A stretch of 64,000 bases of DNA, from positions 256,001 to 320,000 of the forward strand of contig JBNKOC010000012.1 of NCBI GenBank assembly GCA_050294405.1. The letters run 5' to 3'. A program made the translations under genes and the position numbers. This DNA comes from Fibrobacteria bacterium (GTDB taxonomy: Bacteria > Fibrobacterota > Fibrobacteria > UBA11236 > JADFYW01). The number at the start of each line of letters is the position of its first letter. Position 1 is the stretch's first letter. The notes beneath the pieces were generated by a model, which saw only the letters and a program-made list of their open reading frames with translations, was not told the DNA's origin and made no database searches. Positions 1-11,074 of this stretch are shown here, piece by piece.

Positions 1-450
1 GGAGATAAGCGTAACATGCGCCCCCTACCAGAAGGCGTGGTTGCTATGGGCCATCTCAAAGAAGATGAAGCTTTTTATAAAGGAGTGGTTAACGGAGATT
101 ATGTTAATAACCCTGTTAAACTCACATCCGAATTTATGACCAAAGGCCAGGAAAAGTTTAACACCTTTTGCACCCCCTGCCATGGAATGGCTGGTCTTGG
201 AAATGGAATTGTAGTTAAAAAAGGCTTTGTCTTACCCCCCAGCTTAATCGATCCAAGAATATTGGGGCTGAAAGATGGGGAAATTTTTTCAGTTATTTCC
301 GAAGGCGTAAGAAACATGCCAAGTTATGGGCTACAGATTCAGCCCAAAGAACGTTGGGCTATAGTCGCTTACATCAGAGCATTGCAAAAAAGTCAAACTG
401 CCAGCCTGCAGGATATTCCTGCTGATAAACACGGGGAGATTATTCGTTAG
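1..450 (+). CDS. actE: Alternative complex III monoheme cytochrome c subunit (ActE-like), 5'-truncated
   Basis: Frame is open from base 1; CTPCH heme motif, G(V)RNMPSY axial Met and RWAIVAYIRALQ tail; directly upstream of ActF-like gene. Confidence 0.8.
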   Translation, partial: GDKRNMRPLPEGVVAMGHLKEDEAFYKGVVNGDYVNNPVKLTSEFMTKGQEKFNTFCTPCHGMAGLGNGIVVKKGFVLPPSLIDPRILGLKDGEIFSVISEGVRNMPSYGLQIQPKERWAIVAYIRALQKSQTASLQDIPADKHGEIIR

Positions 451-458
451 GATTTTTC

Positions 459-1631
459 ATGGACTTAAAACCTTTTAAAGCCAAATCATCAAGCAAGCTA
501 TTTTTAGTAGTTGCAGCACTGGGAGCCCTGGGTTGTGTTTGGGGCCTTATTACCAACAAGGCTCATTTTGGATTTTCTTACCTTACTGCCTTCACCTACT
601 TTCTAAGCTTGGCATTAGGTGGCCTTTGGTTTGTGCTTATCCAGCACGTTACTAAAGCGGGTTGGAGCGTTGTGGTTCGCAGAATTGCGGAAAATATCGC
701 ATCGACTTTAAAATGGGCCTGGCTTTTGGTATTGCCTCTTTTGATTTTTTCATTACATGATTTGTTCCACTGGACTCATGCGGATGCTGTAGCTCACGAT
801 TCAATTTTGCAATCCAAGGCCGGATATTTAAATCTGCCATTCTTTTTTGTCAGAGTCATTTGCTTTTTCGCTATATGGGCTGGGTTCAGCCATTGGCTTT
901 TGAAGACATCTGTTGCCCAGGACAAAACCGGGGACAAAAAGTTAACGCTGACACTTCAAAAATGGTCTACAGTGGGAACCATTCTTTATGCTTTGACAGA
1001 AACTTTTTTCGCTTTTGATTTTGTAATGTCTCTCAATGCACATTGGTTTTCCACCATATTTGGCATTTATTATTTTGCATGTTCCGCCGTGGGAATTTTT
1101 TCCTTGCTGATTGTTGTGTCTCAACTTCTCCGCAGAAATGGATACCTCAAAGGAATTATTACTGTAGAACATGATCATGATTTAGGAAAATTGCTTTTCG
1201 GCTTTAATATTTTCTGGACTTATATTGCCTTTTCTCAATGGATGTTAATTTGGTACGCCAATTTGGGAGAAGAAACACCTTTTTTCCATATGCGCGCTGT
1301 AGGTAGTTGGAAAACATATAGCATAGTGCTACCCATTCTTCATTTTGTGATTCCTTTCTTTTTCCTTATTTCCAGAAAAGTTAAAAGAAACAATCTTGGA
1401 ATTTTTGCAGGAGCTTTATGGTTGCTCGTAATCAATTACATTGATATTTACTGGCTAATTATGCCTAACTTTCATAAAGAAGGCGTTCAATTTTCCCTTA
1501 TGGATTTAAGTGGAGTTTTGTTTGTTGGAGGCCTGTTTTTCTGGCTTTTGATAAAAACAATGGAAAAAAGCTCTCTTATTCCTGAAAAAGATCCCCGATT
1601 ACCAGAATCCTTACATTTTGAAAATGCTTGA
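459..1631 (+). CDS. actF: Alternative complex III membrane subunit ActF
   Basis: Polytopic membrane protein with AGWSVVVRRIAE, HWFSTIFG, HDLGK and FSQWMLIWYANLGEET motifs. Confidence 0.85.
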   Translation: MDLKPFKAKSSSKLFLVVAALGALGCVWGLITNKAHFGFSYLTAFTYFLSLALGGLWFVLIQHVTKAGWSVVVRRIAENIASTLKWAWLLVLPLLIFSLHDLFHWTHADAVAHDSILQSKAGYLNLPFFFVRVICFFAIWAGFSHWLLKTSVAQDKTGDKKLTLTLQKWSTVGTILYALTETFFAFDFVMSLNAHWFSTIFGIYYFACSAVGIFSLLIVVSQLLRRNGYLKGIITVEHDHDLGKLLFGFNIFWTYIAFSQWMLIWYANLGEETPFFHMRAVGSWKTYSIVLPILHFVIPFFFLISRKVKRNNLGIFAGALWLLVINYIDIYWLIMPNFHKEGVQFSLMDLSGVLFVGGLFFWLLIKTMEKSSLIPEKDPRLPESLHFENA

Positions 1632-2065
1632 TAAATATGTCTGAAAACCAAACAAATCACAAACATATGCCAGAGACGGTAACAGAAAAAATTACCTGGC
1701 CAGCCATATTAATTACATCAGTGGGATTGGCTGTTTTTCTATTGGTTGTAGTTATCGTCAGCATTTTTGCTGTGGAAGGGCTTGTGACTTCTGCGAAAAA
1801 TGCCCGCTTAGGTCCATCTGGCAGCAGGGAGCTAAATGCTTTACATGCCGAAGACCAAAAAATTTTGGGAGAGTACCGCGCCCTTGAAAATGGAAATTAT
1901 CGAATTCCCATAGATTTGGCTATGGAACTTACTGTCAAAGGCGCCAAAATTCAGCCAGCAGCAGCGCAAACTGATACGACTCAAATGGATACTTCTAGCA
2001 ACCAAATGGAAGCTGTATCAAATGATTCTAAAGAAGCTGCAACAAACCACGGAGCGGGTCATTAA
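1628..2065 (+). CDS. Single-TM ACIII-associated protein (ActG-like); start possibly ATG 1637
   Basis: One TM helix, YRIPIDLAMEL motif, located between actF and sco. Confidence 0.55.
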   Translation: MINMSENQTNHKHMPETVTEKITWPAILITSVGLAVFLLVVVIVSIFAVEGLVTSAKNARLGPSGSRELNALHAEDQKILGEYRALENGNYRIPIDLAMELTVKGAKIQPAAAQTDTTQMDTSSNQMEAVSNDSKEAATNHGAGH

Positions 2066-2910
2066 TGAATTTTTCCAGCTTAAAGATTAATTCTTTAAAG
2101 AGCTTGTCTTGGCTGGTTTTATCTCTTTTTGTTTTTTCCGGATTCGTTTATGCTGAGCAAGATTTGCCCAAGGAAATGCAAGATGTGGGCATCGACGAAA
2201 AATTAGGAAGCAAACTGCCTTTAGATGCTCAGTTTAAAGATGAAGATGGAAATAGCGTTCTGCTGGGCGATTACTTTAACAAGGGAAAACCAGTATTAAT
2301 ATCTATGGTTTATTACGAATGTCCCATGCTATGCACTATGGTTTTGAATGGCCTGATTGATGGCCTAAACCAAATGCCCTGGGTTCCCGGTGAAAAATTC
2401 ACCATGTTAAGCGTTAGTGTAAAACCCGAAGAAACTCCAAAACTGGCAGCACGAAAGAAAAAAACTCATGTGGGAGCCTTGCGAAACCAACCCACTGAAG
2501 ACGGCTGGCGTTTTTTAACAGGCTCTGTTGAAAACATTGATGCATTGGCCGACGCTATCGGTTTTCGTTTTAATCGCTTAGAAAACGGGGAAGTTGCCCA
2601 CAATGCAGGGATATTTATCGCTTCTCCCACCGGTTTAATGTCCAGGTATCTTTATGGCATTACTTATAAGGGTATGGATTTGAAAAGAGCCCTTTTGGAC
2701 GCATCCGATGAAAAGCAAATTTCTATGATGGATAAGGTTATCATGTTTTGCTACCGCTATTCTAAGGATGCTCAGGGCTATGTATTTTTTGCTCAAAATT
2801 TTATGAAAACCAGCGGTTACATTGTGCTCACCGCTGTATTACTTTTATTTGGAAGTTTGTGGTACCGGGAAATTCGCAAAAAAAAAGTTGAAATTTCACA
2901 TACCCGTTAA
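2065..2910 (+). CDS. SCO1/SenC copper chaperone
   Basis: YYECPMLC (CxxxC) motif, conserved His (VAHNA), signal peptide and C-terminal TM; precedes coxB. Confidence 0.9.
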   Translation: MNFSSLKINSLKSLSWLVLSLFVFSGFVYAEQDLPKEMQDVGIDEKLGSKLPLDAQFKDEDGNSVLLGDYFNKGKPVLISMVYYECPMLCTMVLNGLIDGLNQMPWVPGEKFTMLSVSVKPEETPKLAARKKKTHVGALRNQPTEDGWRFLTGSVENIDALADAIGFRFNRLENGEVAHNAGIFIASPTGLMSRYLYGITYKGMDLKRALLDASDEKQISMMDKVIMFCYRYSKDAQGYVFFAQNFMKTSGYIVLTAVLLLFGSLWYREIRKKKVEISHTR

Positions 2911-2931
2911 AAAGAGAAGTTAAAAAGGATT

Positions 2932-3873
2932 ATGAACGAAACACACAAACTTTGGTTACCTGAGGCCGCCTCAAGTTTTACCAAGCATCTAGATCCCCTG
3001 TTTTCAGGATATATGATCCTGGCCTTGGCCATATTATTTGGGATCATTGTGACTTTGGTTATTTTCGGGAACAGATTTATCAGAAAATCTGCCGATCAAA
3101 AAGCCTCAGCCCAAATTACTCATAACTTAAAGCTTGAACTAGCCTGGACTATAATTCCCAGTATCATATTTTTTGTTCTTTTTGTTTTTGGGTTTATTGG
3201 ATACCTGGATATGAGTGTGGCCCCTAAAGATGCCATGAATATCGAAGTTGTAGGGCAAAAATGGAACTGGACCTTTAATTATCCCAACGGGGCCAGCGAA
3301 GACACATTGGTAGTTCCTGTTAACCAGCCCGTTAAACTGACCATGTATTCAAGGGATGTGCTGCATTCTATGTATATTCCGGCATTTAGGGTTAAAAAAG
3401 ATGTGGTTCCTAATATGTATAGCACACTTTGGTTTAGCGCAAATAAAAAGGGCGATTTCCATATTTTTTGCGCAGAGTTTTGCGGTACCAGCCACTCTGG
3501 AATGAAATCAAAAGTTCGGGTGGTGGATTATGAAGAATATGAAAAATGGGTTGCAGCCAAATCAGATGTATCTGCAGGGCTTACTCCTGAAGAGTTTGGA
3601 GGATTGCTTTACGTTAAAAAAGGTTGTAATGCTTGCCACAGCTTAGATGGAACCCGGTTGGTGGGACCAAGCTGGAAGGGCATTTTTGGGGCTGAAAGAA
3701 AATTGGCTTCCGGAGCCACAAAAACTGTAGATGAAAATTACATCAGAGTGTCCATAGAAGAACCTGCGGTGGATGTCGTGGAATCATTTGCACCGGTAAT
3801 GCCGCCTTATAAAGGCGTACTTAATGATAAAGAAATTTCAGGCCTGATAGCCTATATAAAGAGCCTTAAATAG
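2932..3873 (+). CDS. coxB: Cytochrome c oxidase subunit II with fused cytochrome c (caa3 type)
   Basis: CuA motifs DVLHS and CAEFCGTSHSGM; C-terminal CNACH heme c domain. Confidence 0.95.
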   Translation: MNETHKLWLPEAASSFTKHLDPLFSGYMILALAILFGIIVTLVIFGNRFIRKSADQKASAQITHNLKLELAWTIIPSIIFFVLFVFGFIGYLDMSVAPKDAMNIEVVGQKWNWTFNYPNGASEDTLVVPVNQPVKLTMYSRDVLHSMYIPAFRVKKDVVPNMYSTLWFSANKKGDFHIFCAEFCGTSHSGMKSKVRVVDYEEYEKWVAAKSDVSAGLTPEEFGGLLYVKKGCNACHSLDGTRLVGPSWKGIFGAERKLASGATKTVDENYIRVSIEEPAVDVVESFAPVMPPYKGVLNDKEISGLIAYIKSLK

Positions 3874-3889
3874 GAATTAAAGACGGATT

Positions 3890-5494
3890 ATGAGTAGCCA
3901 TTCAGAGAATATCAACTTTTATAAGGCCAAAAAAGGGCTTTGGTCTTGGATGTCCACTGTGGACCACAAGAGAATTGGCATAATGTATTTGGTAGGTGTC
4001 AGTTTGGCCTTTTTACTTGGCGGTGCCTTTGCAGTTACTTTACGCCTGGAGTTGTTTAACCCTGGCAAAGACTTTGTAAGTGCAGATGGTTACAACCAAT
4101 TGTTCACCCTCCACGGGGTGATAATGGTTTTCTTGTTTATTATTCCCGCTATTCCAGGCGCCTTGGGTAACTTTGTGTTGCCTATCCAAATTGGAGCTCC
4201 TGACGTTGCTTTTCCCAAGTTAAACTTAACCAGTTTTTATTTATGGGTGATTGGTCTTGTGATTGCTTTGGGTTCTATTACAATAGGCGGACTGGATTCT
4301 GGCTGGACATTTTATGCGCCCTATTCCATTTCGGAAAATCCTGCTGTGATATGGGCTACAACCGCGGCCTTTATACTTGGTTTTTCCTCTATTCTAACTG
4401 GTTTAAATTTTATTGTAACTGTCCATAAGTTAAGAGCCCCAGGCATGAGTTGGTTTAGATTGCCTCTGTTTGTTTGGGCTTTATATGCAACCGCTATTTG
4501 CCAGGTGGTTGCTACTCCTGTGGTAGGAGTAACATTAGCTCTATTGATTATTGAAAATGTAATGCATGTAGGAATTTTTGATCCTGCCCTTGGCGGGGAT
4601 CCGGTATTATTTCAGCACTTTTTCTGGTTTTACTCTCACCCCGCTGTATACATTATGATTTTACCTGGATTTGGAATTATCTCAGAAATTATTCCAGCTC
4701 TTTCCAGAAGAAATATATTCGGATACAAAGCCATTGCTTATAGCTCTATGTCCATTGCATTGATTGGCTTTTTGGTCTGGGGCCACCACATGTTTGTTTC
4801 CGGGCAATCCTTAGTGCTTTCCACAGCTTTTTCGTTTTTGACTTTCTTTGTAGGAGTCCCCACAGCTATTAAGGTATTTAACTGGATTGCCACCTTATAT
4901 AAGGGTTCTATAGATTTTAGCACTCCCATGGTTTATTCCTTTGTGTTTTTGATTTTATTTTCCATTGGTGGTTTAACAGGAATTATTCTTGCCATTTTAT
5001 CTCTGGACGCCCACTTACATGACACTTATTTCGTAGTGGCCCACTTTCATGGAACTATGATGGGTGGAGCAGTAATGGCCTTTTTAGCAGGTTTGCACTA
5101 CTGGTGGCCGAAAATGACAGGCCGCATGTATAGTGAATTTTATGGGAAAATTGCGGCCTTCCTTGTGTTTATTGGTTTTTTAACCACATTTACCCCTCAA
5201 TTTATTATGGGATCAAAGGGAATGCCCCGCAGATATTACGATTATGTTCCTGAGTTTACAGTTTACCACCAAATAAGCACCATAGGGGCCTTAACCATTG
5301 GCTTAGGAGTGCTTCTGACTGTTATTTATCTACTGGCCTCTCTTAAAAATGGAAAAAAAGCAGATGCAAATCCATGGGGAGCAAAAACTTTAGAATGGAC
5401 CCATGCACCCACTCCACCACTTCAATTTAATTTTTCCGAAGAGCCTGTGGTGACTGCTGGTCCTTATGATTACGACGCGGAGGAAAATAAATGA
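3890..5494 (+). CDS. coxA: Cytochrome c oxidase subunit I, A2-type
   Basis: [16 protein letters not shown] (YS motif), WGHHM, VAHFH. Confidence 0.97.
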   Translation: MSSHSENINFYKAKKGLWSWMSTVDHKRIGIMYLVGVSLAFLLGGAFAVTLRLELFNPGKDFVSADGYNQLFTLHGVIMVFLFIIPAIPGALGNFVLPIQIGAPDVAFPKLNLTSFYLWVIGLVIALGSITIGGLDSGWTFYAPYSISENPAVIWATTAAFILGFSSILTGLNFIVTVHKLRAPGMSWFRLPLFVWALYATAICQVVATPVVGVTLALLIIENVMHVGIFDPALGGDPVLFQHFFWFYSHPAVYIMILPGFGIISEIIPALSRRNIFGYKAIAYSSMSIALIGFLVWGHHMFVSGQSLVLSTAFSFLTFFVGVPTAIKVFNWIATLYKGSIDFSTPMVYSFVFLILFSIGGLTGIILAILSLDAHLHDTYFVVAHFHGTMMGGAVMAFLAGLHYWWPKMTGRMYSEFYGKIAAFLVFIGFLTTFTPQFIMGSKGMPRRYYDYVPEFTVYHQISTIGALTIGLGVLLTVIYLLASLKNGKKADANPWGAKTLEWTHAPTPPLQFNFSEEPVVTAGPYDYDAEENK

Positions 5495-6153
5495 GTTCTT
5501 CAGCTAAGGCGGTGAAACACCACGTAGCCCATCATTTCAAAACAGCTGATCAGGAATTCCAATCCGCAAAATTGGGAATGTGGCTTTTTCTAACTACTGA
5601 AGTTTTGCTCTTTGGTGGATTGTTTTGCGCCTATGTTGTTTTTCGTGCCTGGCACCCAGAAGCTTTTCACGCTGGCTCTCATGCCTTAAATTGGAAATTA
5701 GGTGCCCTCAATACCCTGGTGCTTATCACAAGCTCCTTTACCATGGCTTGGGGGGTCAGGAATGCACAAACAAACCAATTTAAAGCCTTAACTATCAACT
5801 TGGCCATAACATTTATATGCGCCGGAATTTTTATGGTTGTGAAGTATTTTGAATATAGCCATAAGATACATGTGGGAACTTTATGGGCCGGAAAATTTAC
5901 AGCTCCAGGTTTTGAAGGGGATCATCTTCCCGTTTTCTTTAGCCTTTACTTTTTAATGACTGGGCTTCATGGTTTTCACGTTTTGATTGGCATGGCCCTA
6001 ATTTCCTGGCTGTTTTTCAGATCTTTAAAAACCCATTTTTATGATGAATATTTTACTCCCGTGGAAATGGTTGGATTGTATTGGCATTTGGTGGATTTAA
6101 TTTGGATCTTTTTATTCCCCTTGTTGTACTTAGCCGGCGGAGTAAAGTTATAA
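5491..6153 (+). CDS. coxC: Cytochrome c oxidase subunit III
   Basis: [27 protein letters not shown]. Confidence 0.95.
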   Translation: MSSSAKAVKHHVAHHFKTADQEFQSAKLGMWLFLTTEVLLFGGLFCAYVVFRAWHPEAFHAGSHALNWKLGALNTLVLITSSFTMAWGVRNAQTNQFKALTINLAITFICAGIFMVVKYFEYSHKIHVGTLWAGKFTAPGFEGDHLPVFFSLYFLMTGLHGFHVLIGMALISWLFFRSLKTHFYDEYFTPVEMVGLYWHLVDLIWIFLFPLLYLAGGVKL

Positions 6154-6569
6154 TGAGCGCACAAGAACATCATCACGCAATTCCTTTTAAGTTTTTAATT
6201 AGAACCTTTTTAACCTTATTGGTATTAACAGTAATAACGGTAGGGGCGGCACTAATTGATTTTTCTCATTTTAATCCTTATGTGGGCGGCCTAATTGATT
6301 TTACGCCGATGAACATTATTCTGGCCATGCTAATTGCCGTAATCAAAGCCAGTTTAGTAGCTACCTTTTTTATGGGCTTAAAGTTGGACACCAAGTTAAA
6401 TGTGGGGATATTTATTTCCAATATTGTTTTCCTCTTTATCTTTTTTACTTTGACTCTTACAGATACCCTTCTAAGGGACGTGCCTGATCCAATGGAAGGT
6501 AAAAAAATGGATTTTGTATCTCCTGTAGATAAGGCCAACGAAAATCCCAATGGCGGTGCCCATCACTAA
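6153..6569 (+). CDS. coxD: Cytochrome c oxidase subunit IV (CtaF/CoxD family)
   Basis: Three TM helices, IAVIKASLVATFFM motif; ATG overlaps the coxC stop (TAATG). Confidence 0.85.
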   Translation: MSAQEHHHAIPFKFLIRTFLTLLVLTVITVGAALIDFSHFNPYVGGLIDFTPMNIILAMLIAVIKASLVATFFMGLKLDTKLNVGIFISNIVFLFIFFTLTLTDTLLRDVPDPMEGKKMDFVSPVDKANENPNGGAHH

Positions 6570-7261
6570 TGGGTTCCTGGTATAGCGACCGAAAGCTCTC
6601 CGCCAAAAAAGAGGGCGTTTCAACTCCAAAACTTCTGCTTTACCTTTTCGGTGGTGTCTCCATCCTTGTTACCATTGCATTGGTAATTGCTTTTGTGGTG
6701 GTGTGGTTGCCAATCAAATCTTTTATATCAGATAAGCCCTACGCTATTGAGCATATTCCTATATCTCCGGAAAAAGAGGACGCTATAAAAAATAAGCTCA
6801 TTTCTTTTTTTAATCGTGAGTTAGGCGATACATTGAGAATTACTTCCGAAGAAGTGAACCACCTAATACGCAATAATGAATTAATTAACAAATATGAAGT
6901 ACAGTATCGCATTCGCCTTGAGGACTCCCTTTTCAATTTGCGCTGTTCGGTTCCAGCGAACAAGCTTAAAAATAACATGGCAAGCATAGTTAAGGTGTTG
7001 AATGTATCCGGTTATATTAATGCAGAAATGGAAGGATATTTAAGGCTAAAAGGCAAAAAGCTTTCTTTAATTACCACAAGGTCCCAAATGAATTCCAGGC
7101 CAGCGCCGTTTACATTATTAGGTAAGCGCACCCACATTGATATAGTTCAATTTTTTCCAAATAGGTTGGAATACAATCGCATTGTAGATGAATTTAAATC
7201 ATTTAGAATTCATAACAAACAGGTGGAGATAATATTAAATCCGCTTAAACCCCAAGGATAA
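6569..7261 (+). CDS. Membrane-anchored hypothetical protein
   Basis: 230-aa ORF with N-terminal TM helix, coupled to coxD by a TAATG overlap. Confidence 0.6.
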   Translation: MGSWYSDRKLSAKKEGVSTPKLLLYLFGGVSILVTIALVIAFVVVWLPIKSFISDKPYAIEHIPISPEKEDAIKNKLISFFNRELGDTLRITSEEVNHLIRNNELINKYEVQYRIRLEDSLFNLRCSVPANKLKNNMASIVKVLNVSGYINAEMEGYLRLKGKKLSLITTRSQMNSRPAPFTLLGKRTHIDIVQFFPNRLEYNRIVDEFKSFRIHNKQVEIILNPLKPQG

Positions 7262-7263
7262 AA

Positions 7264-8391
7264 ATGAAAACCCCATTTCAATTTATTAGTGGCAAATTTT
7301 TTTTGATCATGGTAGTGATGTTACAATCCTGCCAAGCACAACCCGATAAAGAAACAAATAAGGAGCAATCCATGGAATCCAAAAGTGAAGAAGGTCTTTT
7401 TGCTGAACTGCAAACTAACATGGGCAATATTTTAATACAGTTGGAATTTGAAAAAACCCCGTTGACTGTTGCAAACTTTGTGGGCCTGGCAGAAGGAACA
7501 AAAAATTCAAACAAAGCAGAAGGAACTCCATTTTACAATGGTGTTATTTTTCATAGAATAATTAAGGGTTTTATGATCCAAGGTGGGGACCCTGATGGAA
7601 CAGGAATGGGTGGTCCCGGATATAAATTTCCCGATGAATTTCATCCTGATTTGAAACATTCAGGACCTGGAATATTATCAATGGCAAATGCGGGGCCCGG
7701 AACCAACGGAAGCCAGTTTTTTATTACCCACGCTCCAACTCCTCACTTAGACGGGCGGCACACTGTTTTTGGCCATGTTGTTGGTGGAATGGATGTGGTG
7801 GACGCCATTGCCAGTGTTAAAACAGGGGGACAGGACCGACCTGTGGAACCTGTTGTTATGGAAAAAGTGGTGATTAAAAGAATTGGTGAAAAAGCGGAAG
7901 CCTTTAAATGCGATCAGGCAAGTTTTGACTCCTTGCTTAAATCTCACAAAGAGCGGCAAATGGCCGCTATGAAAGAAAGGGACAAAGAACTTTTCGAAGG
8001 GGCAAAGACTGATACGGAAAAATACTTGGGGGAGCTTGAAAAAAGCCATCCTGGAAAAATCAAGACCACAGAATCCGGATTAAAATATGTGGTAGTCAAG
8101 GAAGGTAGTGGAGAAAAGCCTAAAGCTGGTTCCAACATCAAAGTCCATTACACTGGAAAATTTGTGGACGGGCGAAAATTTGACAGCTCTGTGGATAGAG
8201 GACAACCCATAGAATTTCCTGTGGGGATGGGAAGGGTAATCGAAGGTTGGGACGAAGCCCTGTTAGACATGAAAAAGGGAGAAAAAAGAATACTGGTCAT
8301 ACCTTATGACTTGGCTTATGGTGAAAATGGAAGGGGCCCAATTCCTCCCTATGCCACCTTAGTTTTTGATGTGGAACTTATTTCACTTTAG
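7264..8391 (+). CDS. Peptidyl-prolyl isomerase, cyclophilin + FKBP fusion, probably exported or a lipoprotein
   Basis: [15 protein letters not shown] and [17 protein letters not shown] (cyclophilin); VHYTG, FDSS, VIEGWDE (FKBP). Confidence 0.95.
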   Translation: MKTPFQFISGKFFLIMVVMLQSCQAQPDKETNKEQSMESKSEEGLFAELQTNMGNILIQLEFEKTPLTVANFVGLAEGTKNSNKAEGTPFYNGVIFHRIIKGFMIQGGDPDGTGMGGPGYKFPDEFHPDLKHSGPGILSMANAGPGTNGSQFFITHAPTPHLDGRHTVFGHVVGGMDVVDAIASVKTGGQDRPVEPVVMEKVVIKRIGEKAEAFKCDQASFDSLLKSHKERQMAAMKERDKELFEGAKTDTEKYLGELEKSHPGKIKTTESGLKYVVVKEGSGEKPKAGSNIKVHYTGKFVDGRKFDSSVDRGQPIEFPVGMGRVIEGWDEALLDMKKGEKRILVIPYDLAYGENGRGPIPPYATLVFDVELISL

Positions 8392-8415
8392 TTTTTTTTG
8401 AAAGTTTAGTGAGTG

Positions 8416-8441
8416 AAAAGGGCCTTTTGGCCCTTTTTTTT
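8416..8441 (+). terminator. Rho-independent terminator
   Basis: AAAAGGGCC-TTTT-GGCCCTTTT hairpin followed by a T-run, after the PPIase gene. Confidence 0.85.
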
Positions 8442-8532
8442 ATGTTCCTAAGTAGGACTTTTGGACAATATTTTAATTTTAGCTGAAATGGCCCTGAATT
8501 GCGTATAATTTAGGGAAACCTTTATTGAATCC

Positions 8533-10326
8533 ATGAAAAACCTCTTTGAATACTTTGTCCCGAATAAGAAATTCACTTCTCTCGGCCGGGAAGATTTAAG
8601 AAAGGCCAAAATACTTTCGGTCATTTCCATCATAATTCCATCAATACTTTTTATCATTTTATTTACATACTTTTGGGAAGCTAATGTGCCTCCCATTCGA
8701 TATTTTGATTTTGGCTTTGGCATTCTGTTTTTTTTAGTTGGCTTTTATTTAAAAATCACAGCTAACATTGCCGCCGCGAGCAGGCTAATTATTTTCCTTG
8801 GCTTTTGCTTTATGGTTTGGAGCTCCCTAATGGACGCCTTCTTCCCAAATGCAAGTTTTGCCTGGTTTGGAGCCATTGTTTTGCTCTCTATACATGTGTT
8901 AAATTGGAAATGGGGATATGCTACAGCATTGATTTCCTTTGCTTATATTGGTTTCCTTTATTCTTTAGGCGCTAACACGGACTTGATAAAATTAGTTCAT
9001 CCTCAGCCAGAACTGGGAATTATGGCGGATGTTTTTGTATACGGGCTGTTTTATGTATTTATAGCCTTTGCTGTGGGAGAACTGGAAAAAAATAGAATAG
9101 AAGCGTTAAATGAAATAACGCATTTGAATAAGCAATTGGAAGTGGAAAAAGATAAGGCTGTTGATGTAGCGAGATTAAAAACTGAATTTCTAGCTAATAT
9201 GAGTCACGAGATTCGCACTCCCATGAATGGAGTGCTCGGTATGGCGGATTTGCTTTCTCAGGCAGATTTAAGTGAAGAGCATAAATTGTATCTGGAAACC
9301 ATATGCAATTCCAGTGAAATGCTTCAATCTATTTTAAATGATGTTTTGGACTTTTCAAAAATGGAGTCGCAAAAATTAAATCTGGTGTATGAGCCCTTTG
9401 ATTTGAAAAAATGCATTGAGGAAACTCTGGTGCTTTATAAGGGCAATGCCATTCAAAAAGGTATAAAGCTCGATTTGATAGTAGACGACGATATTCCTCA
9501 ATACATTTATGGGGATTCCATTCGTTATAAACAAATACTTTCCAATCTTGTGAACAATGCCATAAAATTCACAGAATCGGGTGGAGTAAAAGTGTTGGTT
9601 TCTCTTAAACCGGATAAAAGCAAGGAACAGAATATATTAACCGTAAGTGTAAAAGACACAGGTTGTGGAATTTCAGAAAAAAATTTGCAAAAGCTCTTTA
9701 CTCCATTTACCCAGGCAGATAGTTCCATAACCAGAAACTTTGGAGGGACAGGGCTTGGATTGAGTATATGTTACGGGCTGCTGAATTTAATGAATGGGAA
9801 AATATATGCCAAAAGCCAAATCAATGAGGGCAGTGAATTTGTTTTTGAAATTCCTATAACTAAAGCGAAAATAATAAAGCATCTAAAAAAAGACCGGGTT
9901 AATGAATTGGACAAAAACCTTTCTTACAAAACTCTGATTGTTGAAGACAATCCTGTAAATCAAATGGTGCTTTCCAAAATGCTTCAAAACTTTGGATTGA
10001 CACCGGATAAAGTAAATAGCGGCTTGGATGCGATTCAGCAAGCTCAGAGAAATAATTATGATATTATTTTTATGGATTGTCATATGCCGGGAATAAGCGG
10101 GTTTGAAGCCTCTGAAAAAATTAAGAAGCTTAAGTTAAAAAAGGACCCGCTGATTATTGCAGTAACGGCGGATGTTTTTAATGAGAACAGGCAAAGATGT
10201 ATACAATCAGGAATGAGCAAATTTATTACTAAGCCTGTTCGCTATGAGGTATTGAAAGAACTTCTTGCAGAGTTTTCTACAAACTCAGATCCGAAGAATG
10301 CAAGTTCTAAAATTAATCAGGCTTAG
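8533..10326 (+). CDS. Membrane-bound hybrid sensor histidine kinase (HisKA-HATPase-REC)
   Basis: FLANMSHEIRTPMNG, NLVNNAIKFT, GGTGLGL; receiver motifs VEDN, MDCHMP, TKP. Confidence 0.95.
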   Translation: MKNLFEYFVPNKKFTSLGREDLRKAKILSVISIIIPSILFIILFTYFWEANVPPIRYFDFGFGILFFLVGFYLKITANIAAASRLIIFLGFCFMVWSSLMDAFFPNASFAWFGAIVLLSIHVLNWKWGYATALISFAYIGFLYSLGANTDLIKLVHPQPELGIMADVFVYGLFYVFIAFAVGELEKNRIEALNEITHLNKQLEVEKDKAVDVARLKTEFLANMSHEIRTPMNGVLGMADLLSQADLSEEHKLYLETICNSSEMLQSILNDVLDFSKMESQKLNLVYEPFDLKKCIEETLVLYKGNAIQKGIKLDLIVDDDIPQYIYGDSIRYKQILSNLVNNAIKFTESGGVKVLVSLKPDKSKEQNILTVSVKDTGCGISEKNLQKLFTPFTQADSSITRNFGGTGLGLSICYGLLNLMNGKIYAKSQINEGSEFVFEIPITKAKIIKHLKKDRVNELDKNLSYKTLIVEDNPVNQMVLSKMLQNFGLTPDKVNSGLDAIQQAQRNNYDIIFMDCHMPGISGFEASEKIKKLKLKKDPLIIAVTADVFNENRQRCIQSGMSKFITKPVRYEVLKELLAEFSTNSDPKNASSKINQA

Positions 10327-10936
10327 CGGTAATTTGGGGAAGCTCTCCAAACTCAATATTTACTTTGTATTGAAGTAGCGGTTCTGTTAGAAAGTCATTG
10401 TAATAGGTTATCCATCGGTCGCTGCGTTCGGATTTGTCTTTGCAGGAGATCCCCTTTTTTTCATTGCCATCTTTATCCATGTATTTGCGGATGCAGGTGA
10501 CTTCCACGGACTCCCCGATGGGGATATCTTTTTTATTTTGATCTTCATATTGAATTCGAACCTTTCCCATGGCATGGGGGTAGGTTAGATGCCTGAATTC
10601 CAGTTCCGTTTGATACACTTTCCACATGCAATTGGAGGCTTTTTTCCAGGTCATAGGAACATCTAAAGAATATTCGCTTTCGATAGTATTGACTTCGTAG
10701 CTTTCTTTTTTCCGCAAAGGAACCATTACGATGGAGTCGGGACTGTATGTTTCGCAACCCTGGCCTAAACCCTCTGTGCGAAACTTCACATGGACCCGAA
10801 GGAGCACTTCCATTGGCTTTTTACCAGAAATTTTAAGCGCCTTTGTAATTTGGGGGGCAGCATAAGAAGTACAGGACAAAGCAAAACCCAAGAGCATACA
10901 ATAATGTTTGTAATATTTAGAATTTATCTTTATCAA
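10313..10936 (-). CDS. Exported hypothetical protein with several Cys; true start probably ATG 10897
   Basis: Signal-peptide-like MLLGFALSCTSYA; no recognised family. Confidence 0.55.
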   Translation of the reverse strand: MIKINSKYYKHYCMLLGFALSCTSYAAPQITKALKISGKKPMEVLLRVHVKFRTEGLGQGCETYSPDSIVMVPLRKKESYEVNTIESEYSLDVPMTWKKASNCMWKVYQTELEFRHLTYPHAMGKVRIQYEDQNKKDIPIGESVEVTCIRKYMDKDGNEKKGISCKDKSERSDRWITYYNDFLTEPLLQYKVNIEFGELPQITAKPD

Positions 10937-11074
10937 AATTACTAATGGCTAAATGGGCAAAAAAAGGCACTTCCTCATAAAAAAAGATAATCACAAAACG
11001 ATTTTTTTCAAAATAGGCTCCTTAAGAATGGAATTTTTGGGGTTTTTTAGAGGATTTTAACTAGTTTTTTATCC

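Noticed and set aside
6081..6152. Extended N-termini in the ORF track (also 19907, 31057, 38386, 40011, 50623, 51380, 52795, 62396)
   Set aside because: Long overlaps with neighbouring genes or regulatory elements; downstream starts have a better RBS or translational coupling
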